From Trichosphaerium sp. ATCC 40318 (Eukaryota > Protista > Tubulinea), in NCBI GenBank assembly GCA_038496445.1, contig JALMLS010000027.1, positions 1 through 64,000 of the forward strand: a stretch of 64,000 nucleotides of DNA. The letters run 5' to 3'. A program made the position numbers and the translations under genes. The number at the start of each line of letters is the position of its first letter. Within the stretch, counting starts at the first letter, position 1. The notes under the pieces are model-generated. The model did no database searches, was not told where the DNA came from, and saw nothing but the letters and a program-made list of their open reading frames with translations. Below are positions 34,263 through 47,696 of the stretch, piece after piece.

Positions 34263-34558
34263 TTTTACAGGGTAGTACGTAGTACGTTTAATTAGTTAAC
34301 ACGAGTATGTGAACACAAAATCAGTTAAGATAATATCACGTGGGCCGCTTAACTGTCAACGCTGATTGATTAACAGCGTGAAGGAGCGGGTAAATGATGA
34401 CGTTACACTGTGTTTGGAAAATACCTTACTCCGTGGGTACCGGAGAAGCAATCTCGGACAACCAGAAAAAAAATTTGGTGAAAAATAAAAAACAACCGCG
34501 TGAATTATAAAGTTAAGTGAAGGCAACATCATATGAGTTTATTCGTTGTACATTCTTT

Positions 34559-35613
34559 CTAAACGACATAGACCCATGAGTGAATTTGTGCCGTGTACGG
34601 CACGCAGCAACCTTTGCTATTAACTACAGCAAAGAATTCGCCACCTTGCCAATTATTTATCTTGAGTTCAATGTGACCTTGTCGTTGAAGTTAGATGAAA
34701 AAAAAAGCGCAGTGTATTTTTAGTTCAGTGGACTTACCGGCTTGTCGTACTTCAGTGTCGTACGACAAAATTGCTCCTGCGCTATCTACCAACTCTACAG
34801 ACAAACTCTTATCTGTGTCAGCCCAGTTTACTTCAACACCAACTGGATCAGGTGCACCATTATCGGAATACGCTTGAAGTCACATGAATTTAAGTTTTCG
34901 TACTCCTAAGACGGCGTACCTCTTAGATAATCACTGTTGGTCTTCTCAGAAAATAGAGATAGGGTAGCAGGCCTTTGACCAACAATTGAGTAAATTGGCT
35001 GTAAAGTAGTGGCGATAGTATCATCTGCAGGATCTCTTTCATCGACACATCGCAGTACAGGATGGTGACAATCTAAACCCTAAAAAAAAAAGTTAACAGC
35101 TTGTTTTCGAAAGCGAGCAAAAATCTTTTCTTTTTGAAAAGACCACGTGACCAGAAACGTCATAACGTACATTAACACATCGTCTTTTACATCTCTCGAG
35201 CATTGAGTTACAAATTGTCGTTATAATAGCTTGAGATTGGGCCTTACATTTGGCGAATGCGTCCATACCTACGTGGTGCCTCCGATAAGTAATCTGCGTA
35301 TAATTTTACAAATTTGCGAAAATTTTTTTCTTTGTCACGCCGAAAACCGCCACGCGTACATTTTTCTAGACAGCATGTATCATACATAGGTGAACAAAAA
35401 CCGCATTGAGTAAAACCGCAGGCATCACCGGGTTGAGAAACGCCTTGAAAGCGAGTAAATACAAAACAACGTGAGAATAAAGCGAAAAAACACTTCACCT
35501 GAGCAACATTGGCGTCCTGGATTGTTAACACAAAGGTCGTAGGTACATGGTTGACAGCAAGCGTATGTTGTAGCTGCGAAAACCAAACAGAGAAAAGCGA
35601 GAGAAACCTTCAT
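34559..35613 (-). CDS. Secreted cysteine-rich protein with a C-terminal beta-rich domain
   Basis: Signal peptide MKVSLAFLCLVFAATTYA, many Cys pairs (CCQPC, QCCS, TCCLEKC), multi-exon, ends YTAQIHSWVYVV. Confidence 0.65.
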
Positions 35614-36195
35614 CACAAGAATTTGTTGTAACAGTTTGGATAAACCCAAAAAAATACATCAACTGTGAACAATAGTAAGTGACTTTACGTGAACATATAA
35701 AATGAGTGTATGTCTTGCTTTGTACAATACACGCTTCTAGGGAAACTACTAAACAACCAAAACTCTGAGGTGAAATATCTTTACGTTTATTTAACCACTA
35801 TTCACTGCTGATCTTACAATTCTATTTTTTCACGTGTTATATGGCAAACTCATGTAGAAAGCTATCTAATAAATCAGTCCTTCTGCGAATAAAGATGCAT
35901 CATGCATTTAGACTTGGTTTGAAAAAACTTGCTTTGAAGATTTATGTTAGCTTATTTGATTTTCAAGTCACGTGAATTATCTGTATAGACACGCAGCCAG
36001 CAATTTAAACAAACTATCCTCATTCTGCATAGTCTAACTATATTGTTGTTCATAACACCCTATTGTTGATTACAGTTTTTGACACCCCAGTCCAAGTTTT
36101 TGTTAATTCTCTGCGACTACGTCATGGTATGCTAATTACATCTAATTTTCAAACAAATGGAATATCTGGATAAGTGGGGGAAAGTAATACTTTAT

Positions 36196-37074
36196 CTACC
36201 CTCTGTAAGGTACACATGTCTTACAACAGCCTCGTGCTCTACAACCAGTAGTACAAGTGAATTGATTCATGCGGCATTTTACTGTATCACAGCATGTAGC
36301 AGACGCGCAAGATGTGCGCGTTTGAGGAACTATTGCACAGTTTCGGCAACCTCGCCTACAAAAAGGCATTTGCATAGTGCACATCAATGGCTGATAAAAA
36401 CCATGATGAGGGCGAGGGTTCTCGCAATCAATACGCCCAGTTGTTGGTACGTTACAAAAGCCCATCATATCGCAACTGCCGACACGGAATCTACGGCCAT
36501 TGGAACCTTTCCTTGCAGGTACGAGGTATTCCTACAAAAGTGTCAGGTCAGGAAGGTAGTGATAAAAAAGGAAAGTATTGTTTTGTTGGGATGATTTTTA
36601 GTGTCTTGTAATGCACTTTTTTTGATGATTGTGTTAAAGAATGAAAGTTGGATAATGACTGGTTATTAGTAACTTTTCCTTTTTAGGCGTGACAACAAAA
36701 AAGATTCTCTTTAAAATGACTGTATTTCCTTTTTGACGTACTTTCTTCACCTTGAAATCAAATCCACAAGCTGCGGAATTCTTCCTACACGAAAGGTTTT
36801 AACAATATTCAGCTAGCAACCCGATTTTGTACCCTGTTTCGATGTTGATTCTCGCGTAGTTGTTTCCGTTGTGTTTGTGTACGTGCAACACTCTAGCGCT
36901 GAAAACTCTTGTGTATCTTGATGAACGCCGTTCGTAGTCAATACGTACAGTAAATACGCTGTCTGCTCTGCAAAAAATCTCTTCTTCGCTTCCAGGCATA
37001 CAAGAGCATGCAATAGTAACGTCAAAAACGCAAAAAACGCCTGCGATGATTAATAGAACGGTTGACGTTCGCAT
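36196..37074 (-). CDS. Secreted TIMP/NTR-domain protein with a cysteine-rich C-terminal extension
   Basis: Signal peptide then CSCMPGSEEEIFCRADSVFTVRI...NSAACGFDF...EYLVPA...FRVGSC, followed by CTMQMPFCRRGCRNC and CRMNQFTCTTGCRARGCC. Confidence 0.75.
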
Positions 37075-37654
37075 CTTTAGTCAAGCTACAATTTAACGCA
37101 AGGCGCACGTTTAAGTCACCTATTGCTGGATTTGATAGAGTGCAACTCTGTCATAAGAGGTACCTAAGCGCCATAAGAAATACTAGCATGCTCTTTCTGG
37201 CAGACAATAATCTAGTATCCCGAAACTTTTTGCTTTTTACAATAAAGAGTTGCAAACGCTAGAGGCTACTAACTACAAAAAGAAAAGCACGAAACAAGCG
37301 AAAATGCGATTTACAATGAGTGTTTTGAGCTTAAATGGAGAAATGGGCTTGTCGTGCTACATCAGTTACTACGCATTTAGTTGTTTTTACACGTGTTGTG
37401 ACACTATTGTTAGTATTGGCGGGGTTTTCAACTAGCGATCGGAGATTGCTCATATAACGTTCTTGCGCCTGTTACAAATAGAAACTTAATTTTGGCGCAT
37501 GAAATCCCTTATGCCTTTTTAGCGTTGAGTGAAATTTCATTTTTAAGCAATCTACTCAATCACGCAGCATTTCAACGTTGTGTAGTAACTGAAAGCTACT
37601 CTTTATTCCTCTACTACATTCTCCAATACCTACATCTTATAAACACGCCTAAGA

Positions 37655-38192
37655 ATGAATCAACGACAAGATGACGCTCACTACTTGAGTTTTAAGAACG
37701 CTTTGACTGTGTCAATCACTCTTGGGATTATAGTTTTACTTTTCACCGGTTTATCAATCGTTACAGCCGTAGCCTTCTTAAGGGGCGGACATGGTACGTA
37801 TACAAGCGTTATTTGTTCTAGAGTTATTTTTGCATTAAATGGCTACAGTTTGTTTAATGATACAGAAACAGCGTCAAAGGCGTGTATAATACGGTACTAA
37901 CCAATAAACTTAGTTCCCTTGCCGATAGTATACTTTATCGGATTGATTGATGTCGTTACTATCTCTGTATTCATTATTATAACGTGTTTCACCACTGTAG
38001 ACAATTACGTATGACTTTGAAAGCTCTATTAGCGATATTCAGTTATTATAGAAACTAACGTTACTTTAGGGGTTATGGAAGACAAGTCAAGAACGGCAAG
38101 CAGCGGGAGAGCCTTATACGAGCGATATTGAAGCAATGACTACGCTGTTAGCACCATTAAGCGATAATGAAAATGAAACCGACGAAGAATAG
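37655..38192 (+). CDS. Small two-TM membrane protein
   Basis: Hydrophobic exons ITLGIIVLLFTGLSIVTAVAFL and IVYFIGLIDVVTISVFIIITCF; acidic tail with a dileucine-like TTLL. Confidence 0.55.
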
Positions 38193-38333
38193 ATTTTTTT
38201 TACAATGCTGCCGTTGCTTGGATTTTTTTGTAAATCTTGTACAAATTGTAAATAATAAAACCCTAAAGTGTTCAACTAAAGTTCAAAAAACCAAACCACT
38301 CACAAATCTCTAGCAATAGGTTTTGGGGTTTTT

Positions 38334-41300
38334 TTATAATACAGGTGCTTTTCGTTTTGATGATCGTATAGTAAGTTTTGGGTTAAAGCATACAGGGCAT
38401 GGTGCTGAATTATCGCCAAATTCTGAGCTAACATTAGACATACTAAACGTAGCTGTGCAAAAGTCGCATGCCATGTATGTGCTGCTCTTTATTAACCGCA
38501 TTCCCTAATTTTAAAGAAATTAATACCAAATTACTTCTTTAAAAAAAAGTGTCAAAATGTGACACATTGCAAAAATTTCGATTTTCACTGAACTGAAAAA
38601 AACTTGGTGGTTTAATACGTACCTTCCAACAAATTAACACTGGGGTTTTACATACTGTGCATATAACGTTTCCATTTATCACTTCCGCTCCACAGTTTGT
38701 ACATGTATGTTTAGGAGAGGCACTCTCGTCCCTTTTGTGTTTATTACAAACGTCAAGTTTGCTTTGGATTGTAGCTTTGTTAGGCAAGTTCATCTTTACC
38801 AACATTTCAAGTAACCTCCCAGCAGTATAAAAGTTACCAAGATCAAAATTCCTTTGTACAGCCAATCGAATCTACAAGAACCAACCATGTTAGCTTAATA
38901 GGATGTGTTGTTACTGTAAATAGTCAACATCGTACAGCAATAAGTCGATGTTTTGGTTGTAGTGCCATATCGGAGAAGAATCTAGCAACCAAAGCTCGCT
39001 GTTTTATCAATTGTAAGGACTCAAGACGCTTCATTTCTTCAAGAAACAACATTGCTCCTCTGTAAAGACCACATAATCCCACTTCGTTACGATAGTGTCT
39101 ATATACTGGTTCTCCAATTTTCCCTAACTATTAGTTAGCAATAAATATGATTGTGCGGACATCATACAAAGTGATTGTAGAGCAACAGTAAAGCATCTCA
39201 AACTCTCAGGGAAGTCACCTTTGTTTAAAGCAAGCAAGCCCTTAATTAAACAATAAGTTACAAGAAAGCTATGAACGAGGTTGGTACCAGGTTTGAATAC
39301 TGGGAAGCTTGTTTTTTTGCCTGGATGGCTGGGCTTTCGACTGGGGTTGAAGCTGATCTATTCAACGCAAAAGGTTTGAACCGAGGTGACTTTGATGCCA
39401 TAGGTGCCGATTGTCGTAAACTACTTGAAGACCTTGTCCGCGTAGGTATTGGTTTCTCTTCTTGTGTTAAACTCACTGCAACAGAAGGTGTCTCAACCTT
39501 CTCTGGAGCAATTGGTAGTGGTGTGAATGTATCTGCTTTCGGAGATGGCGTAGGTTCTGGAGTAGGTACAGCGACTTGAATCTTTGGTTCTGGAGTCGGT
39601 GTGGTTGCGTTTGTTACATCTACAGAAGTAATCGGTGTAAAAGAGTCTGTTTCAGTACTTTGTGGTGTTTCTGCGTTCATGTCATCTGCCCAAGGATTTG
39701 TTCGGTAGTATTTAGGTAATTCCTCAACAGCTGGGGTTGGTTCGGCCGGTTTCTGTACAGGTTCCCATTCAACAGAATTATTATTACTGTCATTTCCAGG
39801 CTGCCATGGATTTGTCGTTGAAGGTGTAGCTTCTACAGTTGGTGCGCTTCCTTCTGTCCTAGCGCTAGGCCATTCTACGCTTTGTGATCTGGAGTCAAAA
39901 TCTTCATTTGACCAAGGAATAGATAAAACACCGCCACCTTCTGGAGAACCTACAGGACTTGGCGGTTGCCATTCTACACTTCCAGCATTTGAATCATGAG
40001 AATTATCACCTGACATAAAGGGCATCGACCAAGGTGTTTGTGTAGATGTTGAAGCCTCTACTGTACCATCAAAAGATGCTGCGACTTCTACTGTTGTTTC
40101 TTCTGCATTCGCTTTTGGGATTGGCCAAGGTAAAGCTCTAGAAGGTTGTGGTTCAGCGTTTGGGTTATCTATTTCTAAACCACTTAAAACAAGTGTAGAT
40201 GCTGCTTTTTTTAAAGCATCAGCATCTGTTACCGGTGACCCTGAAACTGCCTTATCTTTAATGACAATGTTTATTTTTTTTTGAGCGAAAGGATCTGGTC
40301 CCCAAGATGATGATGAAGACTCCTCTTCGTCTTTACCTGGTAGAGCAATATGGTTTCCATTCACTGCATGTTCATTAGATGTGGCACTACCGTTTATAGC
40401 AACGAAAGAACCATTACCTTCTAAATCTGCCCCGAAAGGTTTGAATTGGTCTGATGCAGCAAATGGGTTATTAGCTGCTAGAGTAAGACTTTCTGAGGAA
40501 CCGTTGTTGTTATCAAAAGGTGTTGAGCCCAAAGTACCACTCAAGACTCCGTCAGCGGATCTCGGGCTGTTGTTCTCTTCGCCTGTGTTACTTGTTTTAC
40601 CTTTTCCACTAGACGTACTAGTATCGTGTTTATCTCCTGTTGAAGTACTTCCATCAGCTGAGAATGTATGTTCGGGGCTCCCAGCATTAATAGCATTGCT
40701 GCTTTTTTCAGATGATGACGATTTTAGTTCTTGTTTTGTGTTGTTATCTTGTTTCTTACTTTCTTTCTTTTCTTTACTGGACTCTTTCAATGTAACATTC
40801 TTTTTGAACTTGTATCGAGGCGATTTTTTCTTTGCTTTGGAATTAACGTTGTTTGGTTTCGTTGATAAGCTTCTTCTTAAGAACGATACAGATTTACGAT
40901 GTTGATTTCCTTTTTTGTGGACCATATCACCTGTTGGCTTACTCTTTCGTATATCAGCCTTTCTCACTTCTGATTTGCCTCCTTTAGCGCTTTTTGATCT
41001 TTTACGCAGCGTTGAAGCTCGGTTTGTATTACTACCTGTTATTGGGTCGCGTGGCGATGGCATAGGTTTACCTAAAGCGGATTATTATTGCTGTTAATTA
41101 AAACACGTTTTTTTTTATTATTATCGCAAAATCATAAACACGCTAGTGGCGTAATACTGCTATTAGACGCAAGGCGATCGCGTTTGCTGTGTTAGTACAA
41201 TTATTGCGTACCTTTCTCGCGTATGTAAATTTCCATTTTGCCTTTCTTGAACTTGTATTCAACCTCCAAGTTGTCATCATACCCTTTGCATTCGTGGGAA

Positions 41301-41605
41301 GGGCCTTTGTCTTTTATAGTTAAGGTGATGCTACCATCGCTTCCAACAACATCGAAGTACTGTTTTAGCTTGCCAGAACCGTCAATGAGGTATTCTAAGT
41401 TTGCGCCTGATTTCGTGATTCGCCGTTGTTTTCCCTTTGCTAGTGGAGTATCGTAGGTGCATTGTAGGCCTGAACACTTCTCTTCACGCAACGATAAACT
41501 ACAACTCGTTCTATTTTTTAAGCATATGCGCACTACATCCACATTGGCTGTTTCTTCAGGTTTGGCAACATCCGTTTTCTCTATCTTTACTTTTTTCGAG
41601 GCCAT
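38334..41605 (-). CDS. Endocytic coat-associated protein: long disordered region with NPF/DPF/NPW and APA-like motifs plus a TWD40/TTRAY or alpha-COP-CTD-like C-terminal domain
   Basis: ORF 41201-41605 splices in frame to ORF 39258-41063. DPFAQKKINIVIKDK...ADALKKAASTLVL; C-terminus LQPKHRLICIRLAVQRNFDLGNFYTAGRLL plus CxxC pairs (CDFCTATF...CPVC). Confidence 0.7.
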
Positions 41606-41735
41606 TGATTACCTGCAGTTTATAGTAATAGCGTTGGCGTATAATCCGCACAAAGAGACGTGCTGTATTATTGTCAGACTGTGTAATTAAGTGTAGTTGT
41701 AGTAAAATTGTTAACAGTATTTAAGGCCACTATTG

Positions 41736-42538
41736 ATGTTCGTGTTTGCACATGGTGCTTGTCGCAGAGAAGTACACGAACTGACAAAGAAATGTGTCAT
41801 GCCTTCAATTTTCAGTACGTTTTGCTTAATTTCAATTGTAACGTTATATAGGCCGCGCAAAGGCGACAAATACGGGTATTGATTAACTTGCTTGTAAAAT
41901 CAGCTAAAAAATATTAAGGCGCTAAACTAACGCTCTATTCTATCTCAAACTCGGATGCAGTCGCTAACCGAGTACTGGCGTGGGGTGGTATTTTGTTACT
42001 TGGCACCTCACTTCTTATAATCCCACAAGCTGTACGTATACGCACAAATTTTCATTGTTGATGTGTCTAGTGGAAAACTAAAATACATACCTCCACAACT
42101 GAAAAAACTGCAATAACTGGTGGATTATTCGCATTTTCGTTATCGTATAACTACTTTGCATACCGCTATCTTCGAAGGTAATCAAGTGGGATTGTAAAAC
42201 ATTGACATTGTTTTGACAGGCAAATACACACTCTGGCTGTACTACGCGGTTCAGATACCCTACTAGTTAAGTACTATAATACATTTTGGTTGAAGACAGC
42301 ACGAATAAAAATGTGTGATATCGTCAAAGTACCTCCTCTACACAAAACTCAATTTCATACTCAGTACGACAACATATAATCGAAGAGAGATCATACAGTA
42401 TTGATTCAAATTAGGCTATGTATGCACACACGTGTTCCTTTGAGACGATTTATATTTTCTAATCCTAAGTACATTCCAAACAGACAAATGTTGAAAAGTG
42501 TATGTACTGGTAAAGGACTTGATGGCATGCATTTTTAA
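41736..42538 (+). CDS. Two-TM protein resembling TMEM70/TMEM186/TMEM223 mitochondrial assembly factors
   Basis: LTLYS...VLAWGGILLLGTSLLIIP / AITGGLFAFSLSYNYFAYRYLRRQIHTLAVL...LLVKYY. Start and 3' exon structure are uncertain. Confidence 0.4.
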
Positions 42539-42660
42539 TATCAAATGGAGGCAAAATAAAACGTGTAGAAATCAGTTTTTATTTTGATTGAAAAACATCT
42601 TTTTTTATATTTACATTGCAAAAGCTTTTTTTAAGTGAACGCTCGCTACACTTCATACAA

Positions 42661-43316
42661 TCACTCATCAGTTGATGCTAAACGCACATCTCTCCTGCAG
42701 CCTGTCGAGCACGAAATAGTTTTAGCACAATCTAAAAAGAGAATATGTCAACTTTTGATGTTTAAAAGTTCACAGAATAAAAAGCGCACATAAGAACGTA
42801 TAGTCATCGCAAACGGTAGTAGAAATATAACAAACAGTACCGAGCCATATAAGAGACCTATCACACCAAATAATCTACCTATTATACAAAACGTTAACTT
42901 GCAATTTTTTTCATACTAAAATGAGTAGTCAATGTTCAGTACCATCATGAAATGCATATAGCATGGCTAAACCAGCGAAAAAAATAACTAAAGCTACAGA
43001 GCCTATAATTATTGCTACTATTCTGCATTTGTTAAACTGGCGGACATAGTGAGCTTCGTCGTAGTTTAGCATGAAATGTTTTTGTGATAAAAAGAATATA
43101 AATTGAAGTACACGTGATTTTTTTTTAATGTCAGGTAACTCTACAGTATCGCACAATTTATACAATGAATGCCTTTATTAAAAAGAAGCATGGTACACTA
43201 ATGTAGCGGGGTTACCAACCGGAGTTCACCAAATCAACAATCTGGAACAAAATCCATTCATTTGTTGCCAAAAACTTAACGAAGCTACTGATGCAGCTTA
43301 AAACCTCTAGTCTCAT
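42661..43316 (-). CDS. Hypothetical membrane protein with two TM segments
   Basis: IVAIIIGSVALVIFFAGLAMLYAF and LFGVIGLLYGSVLFVIFLLPFAM in spliced exons. Confidence 0.45.
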
Positions 43317-43340
43317 CGTTATGCGTTCGCTACGCGCGCA

Positions 43341-44990
43341 ATGAATAATGAGCCCTCAAAAAGTGCGTGTATTGCTAAAAAATCAATTAATGATACCACA
43401 TCGAACAATGGAGCTATTCAGGCTATAAAATATCAAGGTGCGTCGTAGATGATCAATCGTGTGGAAATTATATGATTTAACGTTTCAACGCCTGCGTAAG
43501 GTGTAAACACAATCCAGATGACAACGTAGTAGAGTTTAAGGCTAACAATGAATTACATAAACTGACAGAAGTAGGCACCATGGAAAGCGTACATGACACG
43601 CTCACAATAGAGAATCTGCACAGTACAGTGAATCTACAAAATTATGACACGTACGTAGCTACTACTTGATCCTGTACCTACACACATGCGAAGAAGCAAG
43701 AAAGAGGCTGAACAAAACGCACAATACGCAAATAGCGAAACGGCAGATGGATTGGAAGTCGAAAAGTCGAAATCATCTAACTCTACAATTTTTACGCCAA
43801 CAGAAGAAGCATCACCAGCATACGAAGACACTTCAGATGACGATTTATTCGTCGTAGACACTTCAAAAGCCAACATTGATTTGGATGGCAATGCTGTTAA
43901 ACCTTGGGTACGCCACTATTGCCCTGCCATTGCTATTCAACAACCCTTACAACAGACCAGGTTGTGCCTCTTTATTCGCGAGAAAAATGTGACATCTTGG
44001 GTCCTAAAAGTGAAGTTAAAACATCAGAATCAGTGGAACATTATTGCTGGAATTGTGGTAGTAAATCCCATACTCTTGGCCAGTGTCAAAAGGTATTATA
44101 GAGTGTTCCCGTACAACTATATAATATGTTCATATGTAACCTTTTATGTTAAGCCTACAGATGCTGATCGCATAGCAACGAACCAGAAGTACTTTAATGA
44201 CGCCAAATACGGATACCAAAGTATGTGAGCCTTTTCTTTTGTTTGTTATTTAAGCGTTATTACTGACAAATTGGATACATTAAGGTGAGGAGTATGAGCG
44301 TAAATTTAGACCTGGGTTGCTCTCTCAACAACTTATGGATGCTCTTGGCATCGGAGAAGGCGATGAACCACCATACTACTACAGAATACGGAGTTACGGG
44401 TACCCACCATGTTACATCAAAGGTAGAACGAATTAAGTAGTTACTTTATCGTATACTAATAAGCTTGAAGATGGTAAGTATATCGTTGAGTATCCTGGCT
44501 TATATGACAAAAAAAAAGATAACAAAGAAACACTTCAAACCAAAAACAGGTAGCGTCCTTAAACCAAAAATGTTTTCTTATGCTCTTAATCAGCCAACTG
44601 TCTGAGCCTGCATTATGTACAACGGGTCGAATGAACGCTGAAGCACCATCATTTCAACCACTACAAGCTAGTAGTACCATAACACGCAAGCAGCAAATAT
44701 TATCAATTTCGCTAATACAAATCTTAGAACAATACAATTATAATCAAGCGCCTGCATGGAATTATGGAGCACAATATACAAATGCTCAGTATCAGTACCA
44801 TCAACACCAGTACCAGTATCAATACCAAGCCTCTCAGCAACCATATGCATACAGTCAAGGAGCGTATTATCCACAACAAGCTTTTAGCATGTATCCACAA
44901 CAAACAATACAGCCTCAAAATTGGTTTGCTAATCTACAACAAGAGGAAACTTCAACAAATACTAATGTAGTGGATATGGATACTAGTTAA
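43341..44990 (+). CDS. ZCCHC8: ZCCHC8-like NEXT-complex subunit (zinc knuckle plus PSP domain)
   Basis: CWNCGSKSHTLGQC zinc knuckle; RKFRPGLLSQQLMDALGIGEGDEPPYYYRIRSYGYPPCY PSP motif; Q/Y-rich tail. Confidence 0.8.
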
Positions 44991-45305
44991 AATTGTAAAT
45001 GATGTATAATAGACACTAAGAAAGTGTTGCGATTCTAATGTGTATTACAGCGTTTATTTGGGTCATTTCATACTAGAACTTAAACTTACTCTTTTGTAGC
45101 ACGTGCTTGATTCACCGTTTACTTTTTTTCTCAAGTATAATCATGTTAGCTCAAACACCGGTACGGGTGAGATTATAGTGAATATAAAGTCACAAAAATT
45201 AGATATTCGAGTTCGAGAACCTGTGCGAAAAAAAAGTAGTAGCTTGACACTTATTGACGGTTGTTTTGTGTATTTTTATTACATTTCATCACAGCAGTAG
45301 TTTAC

Positions 45306-46172
45306 ATGAGTAAGAAGAAGAATAAGAAGAACGCAAAGGCGGGTGGTAAAAAAGGAGCAAGCGATATCGTTGTGGTGATATTGATTGGCTTGCCTGGTTC
45401 TGGTAAAAGCACACTGTCCGAGAAGCTAAAGAAGTCTGGGTGGTTAAGGTGATTTTAACTGAAACAATCACTTTGCATTCTCATATTGCTTGTAGGATAA
45501 ACCAAGATGACCTAGGATCTTCCAAGGTATATATTATTTATTTTTACGCGCGTTAAGCCAAACAACGTTATTTTTGCTCCAATTTGTGTAAACTAAATAC
45601 CAATGCAAGGAATGCCAAAACGTTATGCTAAAATGCTTGAAAAAAGGAAGATCTGTAATTATTGATCGTTGTAACGTTCAAAACAAAGAGCGCGCAACGT
45701 GGATTAAACTAGCACGAGAAAACGGGGCCAAGTACGAATATAGCATCACAAATTACACAAAACTAACAATCAACCAAAACTAGCCAAATTGTATGTGTAT
45801 GGTTAGATCCTGGCGTAGACGTGTGTAAAACGCGTGTTGCAAACAGAAAAGGACATCCTACGTTAAAAGGAGGTAATGCTTCAAGTTCAGATGATGTCAT
45901 TGCTAGATTTGCGAACACATTGCGACCACCAATCCAAAGAGTACGTACTTCTTCATACAAGACAATTTCGGCATCCTTGTGCTTATTTTAAACGATAGGA
46001 GGGATTTTCTAAGATTATTCACATTGAAGGAGAAGATACTGACCCTGTCATTAAGGGTAAGTTTTTTTTTTTTTTGGAAACAAATAAATTTAAATACTCA
46101 CACGTGTTTTACATTATAGCCTTGCGGGAATATAAAATTGATACAACAACCAGATTGAATTTTGTTATTTAA
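45306..46172 (+). CDS. AAA_33/polynucleotide-kinase-like P-loop kinase
   Basis: ILIGLPGSGKST, RINQDDLGS, VIIDRCNV...ERATW, CKTRVANRKGHPTL, RPPIQREGF. Confidence 0.85.
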
Positions 46173-46389
46173 ATAAAAATAGTATCACGTGTCAACATAA
46201 TCGCCTACAATATCATCGCAAAAAACAACCCAAAAAAAACAAGATGAAAAAAAGTTATGTCAAAAGCTATTGTTGCACTACACCTTTGTTCAGTTTTGAA
46301 AAGAGTATATTCTTATACGTAATAAAATAAATACTAGTACACATTCCGACATAACTTGATAATAACTAAACCAGATGCTAACATCAAAA

Positions 46390-47483
46390 TCACTGAGTTT
46401 CTACGTTTGATGTAAATGCATTTTTTATCCAAAGCATAGCTCGAGTACCAATGGTAGCTCGAGTTCCATTAGTCCAATAAGAAGTTGTCAGTCTACCATC
46501 ACCATCCCATACCCTAGCTTCACCTTCAAGTTCATCGCTGGCATAGTACAGTTGCTTCCGCAATGTACCATTATGTGCCCACTCTTTAAACTCACCTTCT
46601 TTTTCCCCATTAACATAGGATGTTTTAGAGGACATCTTACCGGTTCTGTACCATGTAATTACATCCCCTTGTAGGATGCCATTATCAAAAAAACACATTT
46701 GTTGTAATTGGCCAGTGTTGTACCATGTTCGATATTTTCCTTGTATTTTTCCATTCAGAAACGAAGTAGTCATATACATTTTTCCGTTTTTATGCCATTC
46801 CTTGCTTTCACCATGTTGTCTACCGTCAACCCACAGGTAAAGTTTCTTTAGTTGTCCATTATCATACCATTCCTTGTAAGAACCTTGACGAGCTCCTTTT
46901 TTGTCCAAAACATGAGCTTGTAACTGTCCATTGGCATGCCACGTGTTAAACTCGCCATCTAACTTGTCATTTGAATAAAAGAAATGCTGTTTTAATACGC
47001 CATTATCATGCCACGTCTTATATTCACCGTCTTTTTTTCCATGAACATAATGACAACACGTGTTTAATTGTCCATTTTCATACCAAGACTTGCACAGCCC
47101 GTGTTTTTTTCCATCATGAAAATCAGCTTCTTCCTCAAGATAGCCCTTTGTACTCCACACTATGGAATGGCCATGTAGTCTACCATTAAACCAATGTTGT
47201 TCCTTTATTTTTCTGTTCGTTTTAATAACATTAAATACGCTACGGTATCGTATCCATTTGCCATGTTTGTTTAAGTTTTGGTCAAAACGAGTGAAGGTAG
47301 TATGTTTGGATAGAATTGGCCATTTAACATACGCTTCACCATCTAACTCCATTATGATGAGCTGCACTTCAATGGGTAGACGGTGTAGCGGGGTTTGTGC
47401 GGTATTATCTATCTACGTGGGAAGGTTAATCTATTATTAACAGTTATAGCTATTTGTACATTAGTGTTACTGAGCTCCGCCAT
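46390..47483 (-). CDS. F-box-like N-terminus plus MORN-variant (YwqK-type) repeat protein
   Basis: LHRLPIEVQLIIM followed by about nine GxxHGxxKxWYxNGQL repeats in one large exon. Confidence 0.85.
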
Positions 47484-47696
47484 GTTCTGTTAGCAAGTTA
47501 AATGACTAAAGTACAAAAGTTGTGTTCTTTGAACTGTAGGTAACAGTCTTCAAACGCTCCAAGACCACGTCTCCTACACGTACCCTCATCTTTATCAGCC
47601 CTTAACGTCTCAGTTATATAGCCAAACAGTTCAAATGACTTCAAATAAAACATAAGAATCCTGTCGTTTTTATTTATGTTTTCAGTTTCCTTTACT

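Noticed and set aside
39271-41097. Long plus-strand ORFs (39271-39579, 40381-40905) and similar antisense ORFs elsewhere
   Set aside because: They are shadows of real low-complexity genes on the opposite strand.
46390-47367. YwqK antitoxin of a bacterial toxin-antitoxin system, or a prophage/viral insertion
   Set aside because: The gene has a spliceosomal intron and an F-box-like head, with no adjacent toxin or viral core genes.
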